Shown here: one piece after another, positions 53,301 through 64,000 of the stretch | Layout: each line of letters opens with the position of its first letter | Numbering within the stretch: position 1 is the stretch's first letter | Origin: Marsupella aquatica | Lineage: Eukaryota; Plantae; Marchantiophyta | Assembly: GCA_973895155.1 (NCBI GenBank) | Contig: OZ316892.1 | Location: 1,254,917-1,318,916 of the forward strand | Direction of reading: 5' to 3' | DNA length: 64,000 bases | Program-made: the position numbers and the translations under genes | The notes under the pieces: model-generated | Seen by the model: the letters and a program-made list of their open reading frames with translations, nothing else | What the model was told of the DNA's origin: nothing | Database searches by the model: none

Positions 53301-56300
53301 ATTCCATTCATTGATATTCTCAATTACCCCCCTCCACTCCAGAAGAGTTTTCGATCCTTGCTTGAACGCAGTGGATTCCTGTTTCTAGAACCCATGTCGA
53401 AATAAATAATTCGCGGCCTTATTCTTTCCGAGGTTGACGGTCGTTTTTTGGTAATATGTCAGTGGGAGAATAATTCGATGACTAATTCGCGCTACGGGCG
53501 GCTACATCTCGTTGATCTTGCTGGGTCTGAAAGGTACAGAGTCGAGTCGAATGAGGAATTTTGCTTTATGCCCGCGCCAAAGGTTTTCGTTTCAATAACC
53601 TCTTAATGTTTTACAAGTAAGTAGCGGTTTTTCGAAATGCTGGCAGACAAAAGAGCTCAGGTGCAGAAGGTGGGCGTCTGAAGGAAGCTGCCAATATCAA
53701 CAAGTCTTTGTCAACTCTGGGGTACATCTTTTCGTTTTATGTTATTACAACAATTTTATGTATTTCCATCGTAATTGGAAAAACGAGCACCGTGGAAGTA
53801 CATACCGCTCAGCCAAATAAAAATTACTGCTAATTGCCCAAAATGAGCACTACCCATGGGTTCTTTCGGTTGGATTTGTTGCAAGATCTACGTAGCATTT
53901 CAATGTTGCTTGCGAAAGTGGTGTCTGCTCTCTCAAGATCGTTTTTAACTCTCATGGTAGTCGGCTTTGTTGACATGGGTGGAAAATCTGGGAATCCTCA
54001 CGTCAAGGACTCGGATTAACGGAGGAGTATGTCATTGACTGGTCTATGCCAATGCGGGGCGTATAATGTGCAGGCTGGTTATCATGATTCTTGTCGATGT
54101 TGCAAACGGAAAGCAGCGGCATGTTCCTTATAGGGACTCGAAGCTCACATTCCTTCTCCAGGTTTTCCGCTTATTGCACTCACTCATTAAGAAATTGGAT
54201 GCAAGGTTGCAAATTTGCTGTACGTTAACAATCTATCACAGGCGATCCTGGTTCCTAATCTCACTGCTGATTATTACCAGGATTCTCTCGGGGGCAACTC
54301 CAAAACGATCATGATAGCTAACGTGAGTCCGGCCAGTTGGTAAGATGCTACTACCCAAGACGCTCAGAAGTTTCCTGCAAGAGTTTCCCGTCATGATGTA
54401 ACACCGATTTTGACATTACAGACACCTGGTTGTCCCGTAGAAGATTTTTTAATGTCGATCATTGTAGCCAGGAGCAACAAAAGTTGTATTTTGGGATGTT
54501 CTGCTTGTCCTTCACGACACAGGATGCCGCATCTCACAATGGCCCTTTGTTTCTGGTTTCTGACGTTAGCTGCGCCATGGAGACATTAAGCACGCTGAAA
54601 TTTGCGCGGAGAGCAAAGTTTATCCGTAATAATGTAAGAAAGATTTTCAATCTTCTTTGGTACTGTCTATTCGATTAATTCGCGCACTCAGTCGCAGGCG
54701 ACAAGCGCTGAAACTCCAATTACTGAACTTCTTATTTCTACTAATTGTGAAATGCTCAAGCAGGCTATTATCAACGACGATGCTTCTGGAGATGTCATAG
54801 CTTTGCGACAAGAAATCGAGGAACTAAAGGTGAGAATAGTAAAGTTTTCCGCTGCAAATAATGGACGTTGAAGCTCACCGTACTCTCGAGACCAGCTAGA
54901 TGCAGAACTGTCCAGACCAGCCAGTGCAGAAGAGAATTCATTTCAAGGTTTTCATTCTCTCCTGTATCCGAGTTTGACCGTGTAGATTGTTCTTGAACGC
55001 TTGTAAAGGTTGAAGTGGACCGTTTGCGGCGTGAAAGAATGTTGAGGGCTTCATCATCGCGGATTTTAGCACTCGATCATGGGTCCGGCGCAGGGCAAAT
55101 GTGTGGGGATAAATCCGATGCGTCAACACTTGACTGCAACGTAATTGAAGGTTCCACATTGGACTTCAGGACTGTCAACAAAACTCAGACCGTGTCCGTC
55201 GCAAATAATGTTAAGGTATGGAGACGTCAACTGCGGAATTTCATCCTTGAGAGGACAAATGGCTTGAACACTGAATTAAGTGCAGGCAGACTCTCATTCG
55301 GTCATCTTGTGGTCATTTCAGCAATTGAGATCAATTGAAGCAGTTTTGGCGGGTGCCTTGCGAAGGGAACAACAGGCCGAAGATACCACTAAGAAGCTAG
55401 CCGCTGAGATTGAACAACTTAGCCGTCTGGTGAGGCACTTCATGAAAGCCGATATAGCCTGAAATATCTGTCTGTCCATTTCGCAACGTTTGTTTGTATT
55501 GGAAGTATGTATTGTGTATCGGGTATCCGGAGAAGTGGAAAGTGACTCATGCCCGAGCTGAGGATCAGTCAATAGTTCCGGAAGCTGTGATAGGTCTCTG
55601 GATGTCCATTGACAGTGGGACGCAAGGATAAATGTCAGATCCTGGGCCCAGTGATAAGAATGTAAAGTGCTAGAATTGTCCAGGAGATACGATCTACTCT
55701 CTTTAGTCTATACTCTTGAGAAGCACGCCTCACCCTCGTCATCACGGCCAGCCTTCGAATAATTGCCATCCAAGACTGGCTCTACTTTGCTAAATTTACG
55801 AGCCAGGGTTGTATTAAAATTGTTCAGGTTCGACAGCGGGAAGAGGATTCACATTGTTCCAACATGATGTTAAGGTTTCGAGAGGAGAAGATTCGCAGAT
55901 TGGAGGGTATGGCTGACAATGCTATATCAGCAGAGGCGTTCTACGAGGACGAAAGAAAGAATTTGATTGATGAGCTCCAACTGATTCGGGGACGTCTTGA
56001 TCGCAACCCTGAGTTGACTCGGTTCGCGATGGAAAATATGCGCTTGATGGAAGAATTAAGAAGGTACTGTCTCGTAGATTCCTCCCGAAACCCTGCAAAT
56101 TGCTGAAGTGTTGAAGTCGAATACACTCGACTGCATGGTGACGGAATCGGGTAGTTCTGTATTATTGTGCAGATATCAAGAATTTTATGACGGTGGTGAA
56201 AGGGATGTTCTACTTGAAGAAATATCAGGCCTTCGCACTCAGGTACAGATCATGCTTATACTTCGTTGGTGCAAAGACCAAACAAGAAACCCATTGACAT

Positions 56301-59300
56301 AGCGAAAGCAGAAAATGAATCACCGGCTCTTAAAAGGTCTCCCACGCCTGTTGTTGAGATTATTGAAGGTTGAAGGCCGCCTGCTCAAGCTGCCTTCAGT
56401 ACCTCGTGTCCCTCCGACCAAGATGTATTTGCAGCGCTGAAGTGAAAGGTTTCCTTGCCGTTGGCTGCCGTGAACACTAGTAACGCGTGTTTGCGCTTGA
56501 ATTATGAGGGTACCTTGACTGAAGGGATGGGGCTGAAAATTGGTATGATTTACATCCATCTTTGACTTCGATTGCTTCCATCGTGATGTTCCCGCAACAG
56601 CTTTTGGACATATTGGATACAAAGCTCGGCGCAGAACAAACCATTCGCAAGCTCTTGACACCACAGGTACGTTTTGTGGCAGTTTTTGAGCTCAAAAAGT
56701 CAATCCAAACAACACATTTTCAGTCTATTTATTACTTTTGTTTGGAGGTTAGCACTAGTCTGTCCTACGAGCTACTCAGATTTGAATATTTTCGAAGTCG
56801 GTCGTTGAGCTACCAAGAAGGTAAGTCTAATTTATTAAATGCTTGTACTGACTGTTTATATCTAGAAGCGGGCTCTCGTGCCGGAGTCAAGTGCCCTTGA
56901 ACGAGAAAATGAGCTTCTGCTCATTGAGGTATAAAATAGTTTTGCTTACTTCGCTTGATATTCTAGTTTCCTTGAATTCAGGCATGTACACTTGATTTGG
57001 CCACAAAAAACGTCGCTACAAGTCGAGAACGTCTAGATGGGGAAGGCTAGAATCACCGTCGTGACGTGAGATGTTTCCATGTTTTTGCAGGTGAAAAGCT
57101 ATCAAAACGAACTGAAAGAGTGTCGCAACAATCTTAATTCGTGTCTCGTGGCGAATGCTGATTTGTCAAGGTGACTATCTTATACACAAGTTTGTATTTA
57201 TCAGAATGTTCGTGGGTGGTATGGGTCCAATCCTGTATCATTCAGTAGTTTGAGATTTAAAAACCCAAAAAGAAAAGGAGAACCTGGTGTTTTTTGTAGA
57301 TTGAGAACTGGTCGGACTTTTGACGTAATGATTCCTCACGCAACTCTTTGATATTCTGGAGTTTCTTTGGAATGGATTGGCAGACAAGTAGATGAACTGC
57401 AAGCTGCCGTGAAGCAACTGAAGAATGAGCGGTCCTCCCAGAAGTACGAAGAACCGGGGGAGCTGGTAATCAAGGACGTTCCAGACAGGTTCTTTAGCGG
57501 GGCCAGTCTCCGTCTTCCACAGGTATTTGCTTTTCTGAATAATTAACATCCGCGTTTAGAATCTTACAGGTATTGAGTTCAACAATGAAAATTTCCTAAT
57601 TATGCCCATTTCATCGTGATCAAGGAGGCTACATCCTCTGCTGACCCAGCTACCGTGCATATACGACTTGAGACGGAAGAGCTGGAGTTGCAACAGAGAC
57701 AAGCCCTGGCAAATGCTGAAGAACAGGTGAAAAACATTCTTGCTACAGCAGTTCAAAGTTGGGCAAGAATCGTCCTTGACAGGCGAGGAACGATTTTGAA
57801 GCTTTAATAAAGAAAATTTCAACTTCCCGGGGACTAAATTGTAAGATTCATATTTGGTCTTGTGTGTCTGGTTGGCATGCGCCGATTAGATTGAAGCAGT
57901 GGTGTTTTGTCTGGGGTTATCGTTCTGGTTGCAGGTATTGGAGCTCAGGAATCAACTGAAGGAAGCTCAAGACCTGCTTCAGAAGCTCTCATCAGAGGTA
58001 GCAGAGGCAAATGAGCTTTCTGACTGCAGAAACCTGAAACAAAATACGCCTTGTATAGCGGAGGACGACCCAGTTGTTAGACAAGGCCTTCAAGACCGAT
58101 GGGAGAAGCTGCAGGAAATTGAAATGAGGCATTCGGAAGAGATAACCAAACTTCAGTTGGAACTTGATTCCATGGAGGAGGTTTTGAAAGAAGAGAGACA
58201 GCAGCGCTTGTCAGCTGACCAAAAAATTGATGATTTGACGAGTCATATCAATTCCACAGTATCCAAATTGAAGCAAGCACAAGATTTGGCGGAGCATAGT
58301 TCGACAAAAGAAAGACAGCAGCGTTTGGTGGCAGAGCAAAGAAGTGAAGAGTTGAGTAGTCAGTTGACTGCCGCAACATCTAAACTAGAGGAAGCGCATG
58401 GTGTGGTGGAGGCACTTGAGGGACAGCAGTTGTTCTCAATAAATGAACTTGAGAACCTGCAATCAGATCATACAAAGCTCTTGAGGGAGATGAGGCAGCA
58501 AGAGGAAGGAGAAGTGGAACCCCAAAAGCAATTCCAGGCTGAGAACACTCTGGACGATGGGGCTGTCTCCATCCTCAAAGAGAAGTTGCTGAGAACTAAA
58601 CGAGGAAAGGAGGAAGCAAGAAGGATCAACAGGCAATTTCAGCAGGAGAAAGCATCAAGGATGGCTCTGGATGAGGAGAGGGAGGTAACAATGTCAGAAG
58701 TGGAAACTCAGGCCGCTTTGGCAATAACGACATTGCAGTCCGAAATCCTTGAGCTAAGGGAGGAAGTCTCCCTTGGCGTTGAGTCTGAGGCCACCGCAAA
58801 GCTGCAAATCTTCCACTTACAGGAGGAGGTGAAAAGTCTGCATCAGACCATTGGACAGCTCGAAGATATCAATAGATATCTGTCGAATAAATCAGATGAA
58901 TATAGAAACCTGGTTGATGAGAAAAACGCTGAGCTCCAAGGTCTTGAGGGGGCCTGGGAAAGCTCAGTTTCTAAGCTAAATGATTTCCTTTCTGACGGGG
59001 ACAAAGCACTATCAGAGGCTGACAGAGAGATGGAGGAGATCAAACAGACGAAAATGCAAGAGATGTCGCGAATGGTCGACAATCTTGTTGTGGAGAATCG
59101 AGATACAGCTGAGCCGGTGTACCACCCTGGACATGTTGCTCGATTAATAGTCAGAGAAACAGAAGGCGAGGTGAGGACTCTGACTGATGCAAAAGCCGCA
59201 GGAACTACAAGCTTTGCGTTTGAGGATGGCGAAGCTATGGTCCGAGAGTCAGAGAAGAAGTCGATGGTCGCCTTTGTGATGGTTAGGGAGCTTCTTGAAA

Positions 59301-62300
59301 GAATACGAGACCTTAAGTCAGCTCAGGTAAAAGAAAACCAGGAGGCTTCTTTAAGAGAGGCCTCTAAAGATTTTCAGACTGCTGCACTACAACATCAACT
59401 CGAAGACGGACGTTTGTTACTGGCGGAAAAGCAGACGGCCCTTGATACCTTAGAGCAGAAACTTGGGCAGAGCGCCGATCAGTACAAGGAGATTGTTGAC
59501 CAGTGTGAATTGCTCACGGGTATTAAGGCTTTGACAGTAGCTGTGGAAGAATTGGAACTCGAGAAATGTAGGCTGGTCTTGGCTGCTGGCCAAGCAGAAA
59601 TGCGCTGCACAGAGAAAGAGCAGGAACTCGTTGCTACTCAGGAAGAATTTGCTGGACTGCGATCCAAACTAACGGAAGCGGAGCTGCACGAGAAGTCAGT
59701 ATTCAGAGAAATGGAGGAGCTGACCATAGCAAAACTACGATGGGAGGTTGAGAGGGCAGACGCGAAGCGCGTAGTAGAGGAGATGAGGCAGGAGAAAGAC
59801 AGGATTCGATTCAATTTAAGTTATGTAAATGCAGAGGTGGAAGAAAGAGAGATAGCTATATTTGAGAGTTTTAGAAGAAGTCAACAGGCGTTGGAAAGAG
59901 TAGAAGCCCGATTGATAACAGTGGACCAGGAGTTGGGAGGGCTAGAATTGTCTCAACGGAGTCTGGAGAATGATCTTGCATTGTTGGATTCAGCTCTTAC
60001 CCTCAGCTCCGTCGCTTCGGAAGAAAAGGAGCACAAATATCTCGAAATGCAGAGACGAGTCGAGAATGCGGAGGTCCAGATGTATGAAATGCAAGCTGTC
60101 GCTGATTCAGTTATGGCTCAGGTTCTGCTGGAAGGGGACACTTGGGAGGCGAACAAGCGAAGAATGAAGGACGAAAATGATGCTCGTGAAACAGAGCTTC
60201 GAGATGAGATTGCCGTTGCTGAGTTGAAATTAGTGGCAACAGAAGGAAGCTTGAAAGTTGCAGTTGAGAATGTAGAAAATCTTGGTTTTAGAATTAGAGG
60301 GCTTGAAGAGGAAATACGTAAGCTGAAGGAGGATGCCAAAATATCGTTGTTGAAGGTTACAGAGCAGCAGCAGCAAATCGATACGCTCATGGGAATGTCG
60401 ATGGCACTTAAAGCAGAGTGTAGAGAAGCAGATGATAGCATCACTGCGTTGAATCAGTTAAGAGAACAGTACATTCTGGCAGAAGCAAGCTGGAGATCGG
60501 AACAAGAGCTTCTTACGAGGAGACTCGAGGAGTTGGACTCGGCTGGACAGTTGAAAAGTCAAAACGCGAGCAACGAAGGGTCTGGTGTTTCTAAAAGTAC
60601 AGGACAGCTGAGATCCTTGCCTAATTGCATCCCAGGATCGGAAGATCAGAAGCTTTTCGAGGAGGCTTATCAATCTAGTAGGCTAAAGCAGGAAATCCAA
60701 GTGTTGAGAGCCAAGATATCTGAGAAAGATAGGACCATTCTTTCGGCCAAAAAAGAGATGCAGATTGCAATTGCAAATCTGAAGGAGGCAGAACAAGAGA
60801 TGGACAAGGTACATCGTGAAAACCACAGGTTGAAATATCTCCAGCTCGAGAATAAGAATCTGATCGAGAGCTTTTCTTTGAAGTTCAAGACTGCCGAGGA
60901 CGAGCTCCTCAAGCGAGATATCAAAATTGAAGGATGTGAGGCCGAGCTCCAGAAAGTAGTGGGCATTATGTCCGATTGGGAAACAAAAATGCACGATGGG
61001 GAGATTGAATGGAAGAAAGGAAACGAAGCCCTTGTTCAGGAGCTGACTGAAGCAAAACTTGTCGCAAACGAGAAAGGGACCGAAGCAGGGGCTTTGCTTC
61101 AGAAATTCCAGGATGGTCAAGCGACCTTGAAAGAAGCTGAAGATCTTGTGGATGCACTAGTAAAAGCTAATGAGAATGCAAAACATGTTGCACTAGACTG
61201 GAAAACCGAAAAGGAGAGTCTTGGGATTGTGCAAGAATGGTGGATGCCAGAGAGGGACCAGCTCGTTTCCAAGATTGCAAGACTGCAAACTGACATCGAT
61301 ACACAAAAACAAGACATCTGGATAATATGCAAAGAGGAGGTGAATGGCTTGGTTGCAACGATGGATCTCCTCTTGGCTGTGGATAAGGAACTATCTGAAC
61401 TGAAGAATGACCATCAGCAGGATTTGGATCATCTAGCTGATGAGATGAAGGCCCTGAAGTTTGATCTCGTAGCTGGGCTCCTCGAGGTGGAAGGCAAAAT
61501 GCTGAAGTGCTTCGAGGACATGCAAACCGTTGTCCATGAACTGACATCTAAAAAAGACCTTGCTGATCTGAAGATTTTGGAAGAGCAAAGAATTGCCGAG
61601 TCGCTTCAGACTATGAGTAGCGAACTAAAAGCTGTGGAAAATGAGCGCGACAAATATCAAACTGATCTTGTCGTCCTCAAGGAACAGCTTGAAATGGCTC
61701 AGACTCTAGCTAATGAGCGCGTAATAGTAGCCGCAGACGCAAGTCAAGTAAGTTCAACGTTAAAAACTGCTGTCTGATGGGTTTCTGTAATATAGAATTC
61801 AGCATAGGAAGTCATTGTAGCCTTTTGATTGATTGTGATTACTGATGACGTTGCATTGTTAATTAGTTCTTGAAGATTGATCTCTTTCTTATCTGTGCAC
61901 GTTTCTTCGATTGGCTGGCCAGGCCGCAGAACGGAGTGAAAGGCATGCGGAAGAGAAAGAAGAGGAGGCTCGGATTTTGGAACGATCCGTGGAGGAACTT
62001 GAGAGTACTGTATATGCGCTCGAGAGCCAAGTATGTTTAAACTATATACTGACGAGTAATCGAGATTTCTCTACTCTTTATTTCCTTGCTTTCGTCCTAC
62101 GAATGGTTGATGTACTTACTAGTGGATGTCCGTCAATTCAGCTCGATATTGTCAAACGAGAGTCAGAAAGACAACAAGTTTCGAGGGAGGCTCTTGAGAA
62201 GGAGCTGGAAGCCTTGAAGCGCGAGATGGAATTGATGCAGGTAATGATAGACAGTCAGGAAGCTCAAACAGTGCGGGACATTCAAGTAGCAGAGACTTTG

Positions 62301-64000
62301 AAAACTGAGCTTGACAGGTATTTTGAGCTATACTATCGCGCCTTACATGATTACTCTAAATCTCTCGAGATTTTATTTCCGTGTTGGTTTTCAAGGAGTT
62401 TTGTTCTGAATTGTGTTAGTTTGGAATGTCAGGATTGTCATCGAAATGAAGGATCAGCAGATTCAGGCCCAAAAATCGGTTGAAAGTTTGCAGCAGGAAT
62501 GTGCTGAGAAGGATGTCCAGGTATATATGTGGTGCAAACAAGTTGCTTTCGCAATTTTAGAACAGTTTTTATGTCCTTGCTCACAGGAGTTGATACGCCC
62601 TGAAGCGTCATTTCGTTTTCGTAATCTTTGCAGTCAAGAAGCTGCGAAGCGCATATTGCTGAGTTGATGTTGCGAGCTGAAAAAGAAGCGTCCAAAAATC
62701 AACAAAAGGTTGTCATCCTATAATCTCATGTTGAATTGTTGTATGTGGAAACTATATACAGACAAGTAACCGAGGTGTTTCTAATCTTTTATTCGTTGCT
62801 TTAGTCCTACGAATTGTTGATCTACTAACGAATGGATGTTCGTCAATTCAGCTCGATATTGTCAAATATGAGGCTGAAAGACAACGCGTCGCGAGGGAGG
62901 CTCTTGAGAAAGAACTGGTGGCCTTGAAGTGCGAGATGGGATTGATACAGGTAACGATGGACAGGCAGGAAGCTCAACTAGTGCGGGAGATTCAAGGTGC
63001 AGAGACTTCGAAAACTGAACTTGACAGGTACCAGAGCTATCCTACCACGCCTAACACGACGTCTCCAGTCCACTCCAGATTTTAGTTCCCTGTTGATTTT
63101 AAATTAAGGTTTGTTCTGAATTGTGTTAGTTTGGAATACCAGGATTGTCATCGAAATGAAGAATCAGCAGATTCAGGCCCGCAAATCGGTCGAAGGTTTG
63201 CAGCAGGAATGTGCTGAGAAGGATGTTCAGGTATTACTTTGTTGTATTATGTAAGTTCCTTTTTGTAATTTTAGAACAGTCTTTATGTTTTTGCTCAGAC
63301 GAGTTGATACGTCCTGAAGCATCGTTTTGTTTCCTCATCTTTGCAGTTAAGAAGCTGCAAAGCGCATATTGCTGAGTTGATGTTGGGAGCCGAGAAACAA
63401 GCGTCCGAACATCAACAAAAGGTAGTCATACTGGTTATAACCTGTTTAATAGTTGTGATTTCTGACCACACAGATGACTTGGAACGGATGCAATGACGTT
63501 ACTGTCTTGTCTGGTGCAGCTGAAAACCCTTGAAGCCATGGTGGAACATTTCAACGTGGACGAACGTAAAGTTAATCCGGTTGGTGGGTTACTTAGTAAA
63601 GCGGTTGAGAAGTCCACAGGCAAGGTTAAAGGAGCCGCTTCACCATTTAAGTGTATTGGTTCAGGTCTAGACAAGCAAAGATCTTCAGAGGTTGACGAGG
63701 ACCTCTCCACTGCCAAGAAAAGGATTAAGGAGCTGGAGACTGTCGCTGCTTCTCGTCAGAAAGAGGTATGCGTTTTAGTCACTTTCGTTCACCGGAATGA
63801 GGATTTTTTTCTGCAACAAGTGCGACAACGTGACAGTTATCATATCGTTTTGCTTTTGGAAAACAGCACAACATGGCCCCATAAATGTATCATGATTCTT
63901 ACCTTGGTTTCTATCCAGGTCTTCATGCTCAACACGAAACTTGCGGAGGCAGAGAGTATGACTCATGATGTAGTCAGAGATCTTCTAGGAGTCAAAATGG
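50346..64000 (+). CDS. Kinesin-12 of the POK (phragmoplast orienting kinesin, KIN12C/D) type; many exons including a ~3.8-kb coiled-coil exon (57935-61747); continues past the right edge
   Basis: Motor motifs [23 protein letters not shown]|[59 protein letters not shown]; kinesin-12 block [12 protein letters not shown]; POK-type C-terminal motifs SPFKCIG and [25 protein letters not shown]. Confidence 0.93.
62086..63430 (+). repeat. ~710-bp intragenic tandem duplication of three kinesin exons with their introns
   Basis: Exons 62142-62317, 62433-62520, 62634-62708 repeated as 62852-63027, 63143-63230, 63347-63421. Confidence 0.92.

Noticed and set aside
58843-61547. Multiple minus-strand ORFs over the large kinesin exon
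   Set aside because: Antisense shadows of a Glu/Lys/Leu-rich coiled-coil coding sequence.

Overview
Eukaryotic land-plant nuclear DNA. Gene style and content suggest a non-seed plant such as a bryophyte, but this is only an inference. Host genes: CDC48 (5' part, minus strand), an intron-rich STN7/STN8-like thylakoid kinase, an intronless DnaJ/DnaJ-X chaperone, a small ankyrin-repeat protein, an orphan ORF with a transit-peptide-like N-terminus, a PUX10-like UBA-UAS-UBX protein, and a POK-type kinesin-12 that runs off the right end and contains a duplicated three-exon block. The main discovery is a 9.9-kb decayed Ty3/Gypsy-type retrotransposon at 18428-28353. Its single gag-pol frame reads Gag, protease, DNMT3-like cytosine methyltransferase, RT, RNase H, DDE integrase, PHD finger. 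It does not have normal LTRs: it has split direct repeats A1-[ORF]-B1-GC-A2-B2, a Tf1-like 11-nt self-priming site after A1, a polypurine tract before B1, and a 4-bp target-site duplication. The LTR defined by the priming sites (B-GC-A) is therefore circularly permuted relative to the integrated ends. This suggests the DDE integrase acts on an internal head-to-head att junction of a circularised cDNA. All coordinates were read by eye and exon boundaries are predictions.
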